From NCBI GenBank assembly GCA_028277845.1, contig JANQFL010000074.1:40758-104757 (forward strand): a stretch of DNA of 64,000 bases, written 5' to 3'. The notes below the pieces were generated by a model. The model did not search any database. It saw nothing but the letters and a program-made list of their open reading frames with translations, and had not been told where the DNA came from. A program made the translations under genes and the position numbers. This DNA is from Sneathiellales bacterium. GTDB lineage: Bacteria; Pseudomonadota; Alphaproteobacteria; JANQFL01. Positions 48,590 through 57,447 of this stretch are shown one piece after another (positions within the stretch are counted from its first letter, which is position 1; each line of letters opens with the position of its first letter).

Positions 48590-50686
48590 CTACTCGGCCG
48601 CCTGCCGTTCCGGAACCTTGATCACCGGTTCGATCTTGCGCAACTCGTCCAGGCTGATGTGACAGGCGATGGCGTGGCCGTCGCCGTCCTTCTGCACCGC
48701 CGGGCGCTCGTTTTCGCAGATGGCGCCGAGCTTGCGTGGACACCGGGTGACGAACGGGCAGCCCTTGGGCGGATTGAGCACACTGGGCAGCGCGCCCTCC
48801 AGCACGATGTGGCGCTTCTCCACCTCCGGATCGGCGATCGGCACCGCCGACAGCAACGCCTCGGTGTACGGATGGTACGGCGGGCTGAAGACGTCGTCGG
48901 TGGTGCCCGCTTCCATGATCTGGCCGAGATACATGACGACGATGCGGTCCGACAGATAGCGCACGACGGACAGGTCGTGGCTGATGAACAGCAGCGTCGT
49001 CTTGTGTTCGCGCTGAATGTCCATCAGCAGTTCGGTCACCGCCGCGGCGACCGAGACATCCAGGGCCGACACCGGTTCGTCGGCGATGACCATGGACGGA
49101 TTGCCCGCGAAGGCGCGGGCGATGCCGATGCGCTGTTTCTGGCCGCCCGATAGCTGGCGCGGCCGGCGCAGCGCGAAATCGCGCGGCAGTTTCACCGTGT
49201 CCAGCAGACGCAGCATGATGTCGCGCGCCTCGGCCTTGGTGTTGGCGACGCCGAACTTGCGGATGACCCGCATGATCTGGCCGCCGATGGTGTGGCTTGG
49301 GTTGAGGGTGTCGTTGGGGTTCTGGAACACCATCTGCAGCGAACCCAGCTGCTCCGGCGAGCGGCTTTGCACCTCCTCGTTGCCGATTTCCTTGCCGTCC
49401 AGGCGCACCGCGCCTTCAGTGACCGTTTCCAGGCCCATCAGAACCTTGGCGAAGGTCGACTTGCCGCACCCGGATTCGCCGACGATGGCCAGTGTCTCGC
49501 CCCTCTTGGCGGCAAAATCCAAGGCTTCGTTGGCCTTGACGTACTTTACACTTTCACCCGACAGCATGGCGCCGATGGAGCGGTCGTGCACCTCGTAGTA
49601 CTTCTTCATGCCGTCCACTTCGAGCACGGTCTCGCCCACGTCCATGGGCGGTTTGACGATGCCTTGCGGGATGGCCGCCTTGTGGTCGATGTCGGCCCAT
49701 CGGTTGCAGCGCACCCGGTGTTCATTGTCGCCGGTACCGGTCACGGTCTGGATGGCGACGTTGGCCGGGGCGCAGGCGCCGTCCTGGAAATAGTCGCAGC
49801 GCGGTCCGAAGTTGCAGCCATCCGGCCGTTCGTGGGGCAGCGGCAACTGGCCGCGAATCGGCACCAGCGGCGCCGCGTTCTTGTCGGCGTGCGGCAGAGG
49901 AATGCAGCCGAACAGGCCGTGGGTATAGGGGTGTTTGGGCCAGGTGAACAGACTGTCGATGGTGCCTTCCTCGACCACCTCGCCCGAATACATGACGCAG
50001 ACCCGGTCGCAGGTTTCCAGGATCAGGCCGAGGTTATGCGAGATGTACAGAAGCGCCGTGCCGTATTTGCGGCTCAAATCGGCCACCAGTTCGACGATGC
50101 CGGCCTCGACGGTCACGTCCAGTGCCGTGGTCGGTTCGTCCAGCAGCAACAGCGACGGGTTGGACAGCAGCGCCATGGCGATGACCACGCGCTGTTGCTG
50201 GCCGCCGGAAATCTGGTGCGGATAGGCGTCCATCACCCGTTCCGGGTCGGGCAGGCGCACGTCCGACAGCATGGCGATGGCCCGTTGCCGGGCTTCATCC
50301 TCGCTGACGTTTTCATGGGTCAGCGGCACTTCCATCAACTGCCGGCCGATGGTCAGGCTGGGGTTCAGGGCCGCCATGGGCTCCTGATAGACCATGGAGA
50401 TTTCCTTACCCCGCAACCGGCGCAGTTCCTCGTCGCCCAGTTCGCCGAGGTCGCGGCCCTTGAACTTGATGCTGCCGCCGACGATGCCGCCGTTCGACCC
50501 CATGTACTGCATGATGGCCATGGCCACGGTGGACTTGCCGCAACCGGATTCGCCCACCAGCCCGACGCTCTCCCCCGCCCGCAGGTCGAGGGAGAAATCG
50601 ATGACCGCCGGGATTTCCCCGGCCCGGGTGAAGTACGAAATGCACAGGTCGCGGATTTCGAGAATGGTATCGCGTGAGTCCGTCAT
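48590..50686 (-). CDS. Peptide/nickel ABC transporter, double ATP-binding protein
   Basis: Two GESGCGKST Walker A, SGGQQQR/SGGQKQR, HPYT and Cys-rich oligopeptide-type tails. Confidence 0.93.
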   Translation of the reverse strand: MTDSRDTILEIRDLCISYFTRAGEIPAVIDFSLDLRAGESVGLVGESGCGKSTVAMAIMQYMGSNGGIVGGSIKFKGRDLGELGDEELRRLRGKEISMVYQEPMAALNPSLTIGRQLMEVPLTHENVSEDEARQRAIAMLSDVRLPDPERVMDAYPHQISGGQQQRVVIAMALLSNPSLLLLDEPTTALDVTVEAGIVELVADLSRKYGTALLYISHNLGLILETCDRVCVMYSGEVVEEGTIDSLFTWPKHPYTHGLFGCIPLPHADKNAAPLVPIRGQLPLPHERPDGCNFGPRCDYFQDGACAPANVAIQTVTGTGDNEHRVRCNRWADIDHKAAIPQGIVKPPMDVGETVLEVDGMKKYYEVHDRSIGAMLSGESVKYVKANEALDFAAKRGETLAIVGESGCGKSTFAKVLMGLETVTEGAVRLDGKEIGNEEVQSRSPEQLGSLQMVFQNPNDTLNPSHTIGGQIMRVIRKFGVANTKAEARDIMLRLLDTVKLPRDFALRRPRQLSGGQKQRIGIARAFAGNPSMVIADEPVSALDVSVAAAVTELLMDIQREHKTTLLFISHDLSVVRYLSDRIVVMYLGQIMEAGTTDDVFSPPYHPYTEALLSAVPIADPEVEKRHIVLEGALPSVLNPPKGCPFVTRCPRKLGAICENERPAVQKDGDGHAIACHISLDELRKIEPVIKVPERQAAE

Positions 50687-50688
50687 GA

Positions 50689-51576
50689 TCAGTCCCTCAG
50701 CGAGATTTCGCGCAGTCCGTCGGCCAGCAGATTGAAGCCGAGGATCAGCGAGGAGATGGCGATGCACGGGAACACGATCATGTGCGGGAACGACATGGCC
50801 ATGCCGCGGTATTCGTTGATCATACCGCCCCAGTCCGGGTCTGGCGGCGGCAGACCGAGGCCGAGAAATCCGAGCACGCCGATGGTGATGATGACGTAAC
50901 CCAGCCGCAGGCAGGCATCGACGATCAGCGGCCCCCGCGCGTTGGGCAGGATTTCCACCAGCATGATGTACCAGCTGCTTTCGCCCCGGGTCTGGGCCGC
51001 GGCGACATAGTCGCGGTTGCGCAGATCCAGCACCAGGCCGCGCACGATACGCATGACGCCCGGCGCGCTGGCGAACGTAATCGCCAAGACGATGTTGAGG
51101 CCCGAGGCGCCGAATGTCGCGATGATGATGACATAGAGCACCAGAACCGGGAACGACAGGATGATGTCGGACAGGCGCGACAGGACGTCGTCGATCCAAC
51201 CGCGGTAATAACCCGCCGCCAGGCCCATGATGATGCCCACCGTGTAGGCGCACAGCGTCGCCAGCGGCGCGTAGATCAGAACCGTGCGGGACCCCCAGAT
51301 GATGCGGGACAGAATGTCCCGGCCGAGAAGGTCGGTGCCCAACAGGAAGGTGCCGCCGCCCTTGACGTAGTCGGCGCCCGGTTTGGCCAGTGGCTGCAGG
51401 GTGGCCAGCGGGTCGAAGGGCGAAACCAGCGGCGCGAATATGGCCACCAATATCCAGAACCCGACCAGGCCGGCGCCGACCATGGCGACACCGCTTTCGC
51501 GCAGCAGGGCAAAGGATTTCAACGCGCGCAACAATGCCGATCCGGCGGAGGGCGCGGGTGCGGAAATGTCTGTCAT
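50689..51576 (-). CDS. ABC transporter permease (DppC/OppC-like)
   Basis: LGTDLLGRDILSR, EILPN, LGFLGLGLPPPDPDWG. Confidence 0.93.
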   Translation of the reverse strand: MTDISAPAPSAGSALLRALKSFALLRESGVAMVGAGLVGFWILVAIFAPLVSPFDPLATLQPLAKPGADYVKGGGTFLLGTDLLGRDILSRIIWGSRTVLIYAPLATLCAYTVGIIMGLAAGYYRGWIDDVLSRLSDIILSFPVLVLYVIIIATFGASGLNIVLAITFASAPGVMRIVRGLVLDLRNRDYVAAAQTRGESSWYIMLVEILPNARGPLIVDACLRLGYVIITIGVLGFLGLGLPPPDPDWGGMINEYRGMAMSFPHMIVFPCIAISSLILGFNLLADGLREISLRD

Positions 51577-51588
51577 CTGATCGCCTCC

Positions 51589-52521
51589 CTAGCTGAACCG
51601 GATTCGGGGGTTGAGATAGGTGTAGCCGATGTCCGCGAGCGTTTGCGACGCAACGGCGACGAACAGGGCGACCATGGCGCAGGCTTCGATCACGAAGATG
51701 TCCTGGTTGAGTGACGCCTCGAGCAACAGCGCCCCGAAGCCTTTGTAGGCGAAGAAGAACTCGACCACGATCACGCCGGACAGCAGCCAGTTGATCTGCA
51801 GCATGATCACGGTAAACGGGGCGATCAACGCATTCCGCAAGGCGTGGCGCAGGATCACCTGTTTGTAGGGCAATCCCTTCAATATTGCCGTGCGGATGTA
51901 ATGGGACGTCATCACCTCGGCCATCGAGGCACGTGTCATGCGGGCGACGTAACCGAAGTCGTAGACGACGAGCACGAGGACCGGAAGAATCAGTTCCTTG
52001 AAGGCAAATCCGTCGACCATGCTGCTGGTGCCCGGGAGCCAGCCCAGATAGAACACGAACAGCAGGGAGAAGAAGACGGCGCTGGCGAATTCCGGCACCG
52101 ACGTGGTCAGGATCGACGTGGTCGAAATGATCCGGTCCCGTTTCGCGCCTTCCTTCATGCCGGCGAGAACGCCGAGCACCAGCGACAACGGGATCATGAC
52201 CGCGAACGTTGCCGCCCCGAGAATGGCTGTGTTGCCCAGGCGCGGCCATAGGACTTCGGAAACCGGTACCTTGAAACGAATCGAATCGCCGAAATCACCG
52301 ACGGCGAAATTGCCGAGCCAGGAGAAGTAGCGGACGTAGAGCGGTTCCAGATAACCGTTCTGTTCCAGCCACAATTGGCGTTGTTCTTCCGACGAATAGG
52401 GGCCGAGGACTTTCGTCGCAACGTTACCCGGTGAGAACTCCAACATGAGAAACAGCACGATCGAGACCACCAGCATGGTCAGGATCATGGCGCCAATGCG
52501 CTTGGCGATGAATATCAGCAT
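51589..52521 (-). CDS. ABC transporter permease (DppB/OppB-like)
   Basis: GDFGDS, ARMTRASM, YIRTA..KG, HALRNA, LNPRIR. Confidence 0.93.
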   Translation of the reverse strand: MLIFIAKRIGAMILTMLVVSIVLFLMLEFSPGNVATKVLGPYSSEEQRQLWLEQNGYLEPLYVRYFSWLGNFAVGDFGDSIRFKVPVSEVLWPRLGNTAILGAATFAVMIPLSLVLGVLAGMKEGAKRDRIISTTSILTTSVPEFASAVFFSLLFVFYLGWLPGTSSMVDGFAFKELILPVLVLVVYDFGYVARMTRASMAEVMTSHYIRTAILKGLPYKQVILRHALRNALIAPFTVIMLQINWLLSGVIVVEFFFAYKGFGALLLEASLNQDIFVIEACAMVALFVAVASQTLADIGYTYLNPRIRFS

Positions 52522-52585
52522 AGTGGGATGCCCCCCAGGGCCCGCGCGGGAATTTGTTTATTGTTCGTTCGTAAAGGCATCAAAG

Positions 52586-52615
52586 AAAAACGGGAGCGCC
52601 CGTAGAGCGCTCCCG
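52586..52615 (-). terminator. Hairpin plus U-tract between SBP and permease genes
   Basis: CGGGAGCGC-N7-GCGCTCCCG with AAAAA on the left (U-run on the minus strand). Confidence 0.7.
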
Positions 52616-52626
52616 TATTCTCAGGG

Positions 52627-54336
52627 TCAGGCCAACCAAACGCCGTTGAGCTGATGATAGATGGTCGGATGCAGTTTATAGCCCTGCACCTTTTGGCTTC
52701 CGGCCGCAAACACCGAACGCCACAGCGGCTGCGCCAGGATCGCATCGTCCTGCAGCATTTTCTGCAGTTTCGCCATGTGCTTGCGCCGCTCGTTCACGTC
52801 GACGGTCGCGCTGGCGATGTCCAGCACCCGGTCGAATTCCGGGTTGTTGTAGTGGCTTTCGTTCCACGGCACGCCGGAACGGTAGGCCAGGTTCAGCACC
52901 ATGACGCCGAGCGGACGGTGGGTCCACGCGGTAAAGCCGAAGTCCGCCTTGTCCCAAATCTCCCAGTACTGGGCATTGGGCATGACGTTCAGCTTGATGC
53001 GGATGCCGGCCGGCTTGCACTGCTCGGCCAGGGCCTGGGCCACGGCGACCTCCCACGGCGGCTCTTTCTTGACGGCGATTTCAAGATCGATGCCGTTGGG
53101 GAAGCCGGCTTCGGTCAGCAGCTTCTTGGCCCGGGCATAGTCCTGCTTCGGCGTTTCCATCGGGGCGTATTCCGGATGGATCGGCGCAACGTGGTGATCC
53201 TGCGCCGGGGCGCCCTTGCCGCGGTAGGCCAGTTCGAGCAGACGGTCGTGGTCCTGGCAGATCCGCACCGCCGTACGGACGCGCACGTCGTCGAACGGCT
53301 TTTTGTCCATCTGCATGCGGGCGACGCCGGTTTGCGCCGTGACGGCCTCGAACAATTGCACGCCCGGGATCGCCTGAACGACTTCGAGCTGCTCGACAAA
53401 GGCTTCGTAGACCAGGTCGACCTGATTCGACGCCAGGGCGGCCAGGCCGGCCGAGGCTTCGTCGCCGTGATCGATATAGTGGATACCGTCGAGGTAGACC
53501 TCGTCGCCCCAGTAATCCTTGGGGTTGCGCTTGGCGAGCACGGCCTGTTCGCCGACCACGTATTTCTTCAGCTCGAACGGGCCGGTGCCGATCGGGTTCT
53601 TCATCAGGTTGGAACCCATCTTCTCGAAGTCCCGGTGCACGATGGCGGTGGGATAGTTGTACAGGTTCTCCGGGACGGCCAGTTCGGCCCGGTTGAGGTG
53701 CAAGCGAACCGCATGGTCGCCGAGCTTCTCGACGGCGCCCGGGGTCATTTGCTTGCTCATGACCGGCTTGCCGTTCTTGTCTTTCTTGCCGGTGTCCACT
53801 TCCGTGATCATGGAACTGAACAGGCCCTGGTTCGACGAACCGGTCTTGGGGTCGAGCCAGCGGGTGAAGTTGAACACCACGTCGTCGGCGTTGAATTCGT
53901 CGCCGTTGTTCCACTTGACGCCCTTGCGCAGGTGCAGGGTCCAGGTCTTCAGGTCATCCGACGCTTCCCACTTCTCGGCGAGATACGGCCGGGTGATATT
54001 GTCCGGTCCGGTGATGGTCAGGTATTCGATGACCTGCCGCGCGACGTTGGACTTTTCCGTCCAGTCGAATTTGGCCGGATCGGTCATTTCCTGGCAGCGC
54101 ATGGAGACACGCAGGGTGCCGCCCATCTTGGGTGTCGCGGCTTTGGCTTCGGGAACGAAGGTTTCGCCGGTGATCTTGCCGGCAACGGTGTATGCCGTCG
54201 CGGCGGACACGCCCAGCAAGGTGACCGTGCGCAGGAAATCGCGGCGGTCGACTTCGCCCTTCCTCAGTTGTTCGGTGATTTCGGGTACGTATGGGTGGAC
54301 TGTCTCGCCATCCCATAGGTCTTTCTTGCCAGCCAT
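52627..54336 (-). CDS. ABC transporter substrate-binding protein, family 5, Tat-exported
   Basis: Twin-arginine DRRDFL, AKA cleavage site, LAEKW, PIGTGPF. Confidence 0.92.
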   Translation of the reverse strand: MAGKKDLWDGETVHPYVPEITEQLRKGEVDRRDFLRTVTLLGVSAATAYTVAGKITGETFVPEAKAATPKMGGTLRVSMRCQEMTDPAKFDWTEKSNVARQVIEYLTITGPDNITRPYLAEKWEASDDLKTWTLHLRKGVKWNNGDEFNADDVVFNFTRWLDPKTGSSNQGLFSSMITEVDTGKKDKNGKPVMSKQMTPGAVEKLGDHAVRLHLNRAELAVPENLYNYPTAIVHRDFEKMGSNLMKNPIGTGPFELKKYVVGEQAVLAKRNPKDYWGDEVYLDGIHYIDHGDEASAGLAALASNQVDLVYEAFVEQLEVVQAIPGVQLFEAVTAQTGVARMQMDKKPFDDVRVRTAVRICQDHDRLLELAYRGKGAPAQDHHVAPIHPEYAPMETPKQDYARAKKLLTEAGFPNGIDLEIAVKKEPPWEVAVAQALAEQCKPAGIRIKLNVMPNAQYWEIWDKADFGFTAWTHRPLGVMVLNLAYRSGVPWNESHYNNPEFDRVLDIASATVDVNERRKHMAKLQKMLQDDAILAQPLWRSVFAAGSQKVQGYKLHPTIYHQLNGVWLA

Positions 54337-54553
54337 TCTCAACGCCTCCCATTTTTTTCGATTGAATTGGCTATCTATCGATAAGGGTAGGTCGATCATA
54401 GCACCTTAAATGTCGTATCCGCGACTTTTTAAAGGGTTAGTCGGCGGATTCTGACAGAATGGTGATGGCTGTTCACAACGCTCCGGCGAAGCAAAAATGA
54501 CACAAAAGCTGTGGAAAACCGGCTTGCGGCGAGCGGCGGCGGTGCCACGAACC

Positions 54554-55369
54554 CTAGACGGCGATGGCGCGTTGAACCTGGGACGGCAGCCGCAGGGCGG
54601 ACATCAACGTACGCACTTCCTGGCGCGCCGCAATTTGCGACATCGACAGTTTGCGGCTGGTGACATCGTCAAGCACCGTCAGGCCGTCGAGGAACAGTTC
54701 CCGGAAGATCACCCGCTCGCCGAAACCGGCCAGGACGCGGAAACCGTAGCGCCGCCCCGCTTGCGCCAGCAGATCGTTGACGCGCCGCTTGTTGCGGGCG
54801 TCCAGGTTGGACAGCCGGTTGCGCATGACGATCCAGTCGGTGGCGTTGCCGCCGCCCGCCAGGCGCCGCCGGCGCTGCTCCCAGACCATCTCGGTGTAAT
54901 GCCCGGGCGCCGTCACGTCGTCCGATGCGCCGCCGGACGTGGCCAACAGATCGAGGTCGACCAGGCTGTCGTTGATCGGCGTAATCAGGGTGTCCGCCAG
55001 GGCGTGCGCCGTGCGCGAAAGGAACGTGTCGCTGCCCGGGCCGTCGATGACGATGAAGTCGTGGTCGGACGCGACGCGGGCCAGGGCCGTCACCAGCGCT
55101 TCGCGCTCCTGGTTCTGACGGGTGTCCACGTCGCGCGCCCGGCCCTGCATGACCACCTGGTGGATCGGGCAAGGCAATTGCCGTGCGTTGTGGCGGCGGG
55201 CGTCAAAGAACCGGGTCAGGGTCTGCTGCCGGCTGTCCAGATCGATGCTGGCGACGGCGTAACCTTGCTGCATCAAAGCGACGATGAGATGAATGGCGGT
55301 GGTCGACTTGCCCGAGCCGCCTTTTTCGTTGCCGGTGACGATGACATGGGCGCTGCGTCCGTTCAGCAT
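54554..55369 (-). CDS. mipZ: Division-plane positioning ATPase MipZ (possibly a paralog)
   Basis: HVIVTGNEKGGSGKSTT, DLDSRQ, ADTLITPINDS.VD.D, W..RNRLS, ERVIFRELF..GLT. Confidence 0.9.
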   Translation of the reverse strand: MLNGRSAHVIVTGNEKGGSGKSTTAIHLIVALMQQGYAVASIDLDSRQQTLTRFFDARRHNARQLPCPIHQVVMQGRARDVDTRQNQEREALVTALARVASDHDFIVIDGPGSDTFLSRTAHALADTLITPINDSLVDLDLLATSGGASDDVTAPGHYTEMVWEQRRRRLAGGGNATDWIVMRNRLSNLDARNKRRVNDLLAQAGRRYGFRVLAGFGERVIFRELFLDGLTVLDDVTSRKLSMSQIAARQEVRTLMSALRLPSQVQRAIAV

Positions 55370-55467
55370 GGCGCCTGTTCCTTTCGACGGGTTTCTGCGT
55401 CGTGGGTCCGGGACACGGCGTTCTCCGCGCCCCGACCGGAATTCGGTCAGGCTCACATTGGAAAATT

Positions 55468-55486
55468 ATGGTTAAGACCGGGTTAA
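55468..55486 (-). promoter_or_regulatory. CtrA box upstream of mipZ
   Basis: Minus strand TTAA-CCCGGTC-TTAACCAT, a perfect TTAA-N7-TTAAC. Confidence 0.7.
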
Positions 55487-55499
55487 AACCGCGCAAAAC

Positions 55500-55889
55500 C
55501 TATTCATTGCCGGTCAGATAGCGGACCACATCAACGTAGTCGATCACCAGGGACGCCCCGTCGGAGGCCAGCACGGCGACGATCCAGGTGCGGAGACGGC
55601 CCTGTGGCAGGCCCGATCGCAGGCGCATGAACAGCCACGGCAGCAGAGGCGTCCACCAAATGACGTGTGGAATGCCCAGGCCGCGCGACCAGCCGATCAA
55701 ACCGAACGCCACCATCATGGAAACGCCGTTGCAGAGCCACACGATCAGCGTCACCCGGCCTTCCAGCGACCGCAGAAACGCCAGGCTCAGGCTGTTGACG
55801 ACGATCAGCCAGCCGACCCAGAGCTGGAGCCAGACGGGCTGCGCGAACAGGGCCTGGAAAAAACCGAGGGGGACGTCGATCAGGATCAT
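55500..55889 (-). CDS. Small hypothetical membrane protein
   Basis: About 4 hydrophobic helices, RGLGIPHVIWWTPL, SLVIDYVDV. Confidence 0.7.
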   Translation of the reverse strand: MILIDVPLGFFQALFAQPVWLQLWVGWLIVVNSLSLAFLRSLEGRVTLIVWLCNGVSMMVAFGLIGWSRGLGIPHVIWWTPLLPWLFMRLRSGLPQGRLRTWIVAVLASDGASLVIDYVDVVRYLTGNE

Positions 55890-56015
55890 GTCATCCGGCG
55901 CGCTTGTTGGACGAAGTCGCCACCTTAGCTAATGTTTCCATAAACCGTTTTCATTTAGCCGTGAACACAATCGTTGTTATCGTTTGGGCCGTTTCCCCGC
56001 AGTCAGGATTCAAGT

Positions 56016-57413
56016 GTGTCCAACGATAACAAGGCATCGGTGAAGCCTTCCGAGGGCGACAGCAATCTGTCGCCGCGCCGGGCGGACTGGGCGGACCGCA
56101 GCGTTGACCCGCCAACCCGCGCGCTGTTGGACGAAGACGCCCGGTACTTCATGCACCAGTCGCTTTCGTCGCCCTGCCTGTCGGCGGTGCGCAAGGCCGA
56201 CGGCATTTGGATCGAGGATACCGCCGGCCGCCGGTACATGGATTTTCACGGCAACAACGTGCATCACATCGGCTACGGCCATCCGCGCCTCGTGCAGGCG
56301 CTCAAGGATCAGATGGACGACCTGCCGTTCGCGCCGCGCCGCTTTACCAACGAGCCGGCGGTGGGTCTGGCCCGCAAGCTCGCTGAAATCGCGCCGGGCG
56401 ACCTCGGCAAGGTGCTGTTCTCGACCGGCGGTTCCGACGCCATCGAGATGGCGCTGAAGGTCGCCCGCGCCGCCACCGGCCGGCACAAGACGATTTCCTT
56501 CTGGGACGCCTTTCACGGCGCGGGGTTCGGGGCGTCCAGCGTCGGCGGCGAGGAACTGTTCCGCTCCGGCCCCGCCGGGCCGCTGCTGCCGGGCACGGAA
56601 CACGTGGCGCCGTTTGCCTGCTACCGTTGCCCCTACGGTTATGCCGATGTGGACGGCAAACCGGACCTGGATACCTGCCGCACCACATGCGCCAACTTCG
56701 TGCGCTACGTGCTGGAAAAGGAAGGCGACGTGGCCGCCGTCATCGCCGAGCCGGTGCGGTCGGTGCCCTACCTGCCGCCGCCCGGCTTCTGGCACAGCGT
56801 GCGCCAGGCCTGCGACGACCATGGCGCGCTGCTGATTTTCGACGAGATTCCCAACGGCCTGGGCAAGACCGGGCACATGTTCACCAGCGACTTTGCCGGT
56901 GTCGTGCCCGATATTCTGGTGCTGGGCAAGGCGCTGGGCGGCGGCGTCGTACCCATCGCGGCCATGCTGACACGGCCCGACCTGGACATCCTCGGCGACC
57001 GCGCCATCGGGCACTACACCCACGAGAAGAACCCGGTGACGTGCCGCGCCGCCCTGACCACTATCGAAATCATCGAAGACGAAGGATTGGTCGACAACGC
57101 CGCCCGGGTCGGCGCCCACGCTCTCGACCGGTTGCATGATATGAAGGCGCGGCACCCGGTCATCGGCGATGTGCGCGGAATTGGACTCTTGCTTGGCGTC
57201 GAGCTGGTTCTCGACACGACCAGCAAGGAACCGGCAAATGATCTGGCCGATACGGTTCTGTATGCCGCCCTGGACAAGGGGCTCAGCTTCAAAACCACGT
57301 TCGGCAACATACTCACGCTGACGCCGCCATTGGTGACGACCATGGATCAAATGGATCAGGCCCTGGATATCCTCGACGCGTGTTTGCACGACGTCGCCGG
57401 CGCGTCGGTCTAA
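56016..57413 (+). CDS. pbfA: Class III PLP enzyme, PbfA-like ((R)-1-hydroxy-2-aminoethylphosphonate ammonia-lyase family)
   Basis: SEGDSN.SPRR, F.HQSLSSPCL, YMDFHGNNVH..GYGHP, PRRFTN, YTHEKNP, GLSFK; DEIPNG and LGKALGGG PLP site. Confidence 0.72.
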   Translation: MSNDNKASVKPSEGDSNLSPRRADWADRSVDPPTRALLDEDARYFMHQSLSSPCLSAVRKADGIWIEDTAGRRYMDFHGNNVHHIGYGHPRLVQALKDQMDDLPFAPRRFTNEPAVGLARKLAEIAPGDLGKVLFSTGGSDAIEMALKVARAATGRHKTISFWDAFHGAGFGASSVGGEELFRSGPAGPLLPGTEHVAPFACYRCPYGYADVDGKPDLDTCRTTCANFVRYVLEKEGDVAAVIAEPVRSVPYLPPPGFWHSVRQACDDHGALLIFDEIPNGLGKTGHMFTSDFAGVVPDILVLGKALGGGVVPIAAMLTRPDLDILGDRAIGHYTHEKNPVTCRAALTTIEIIEDEGLVDNAARVGAHALDRLHDMKARHPVIGDVRGIGLLLGVELVLDTTSKEPANDLADTVLYAALDKGLSFKTTFGNILTLTPPLVTTMDQMDQALDILDACLHDVAGASV

Positions 57414-57447
57414 GGCTTCCCCACAACGGCATAACGAGTGAACGGTC

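Noticed and set aside
48590-52249. 1219-aa ORF as a giant fusion protein
   Set aside because: The N-terminal roughly 520 aa is an off-frame read of two permease genes; the ATPase starts at 50686
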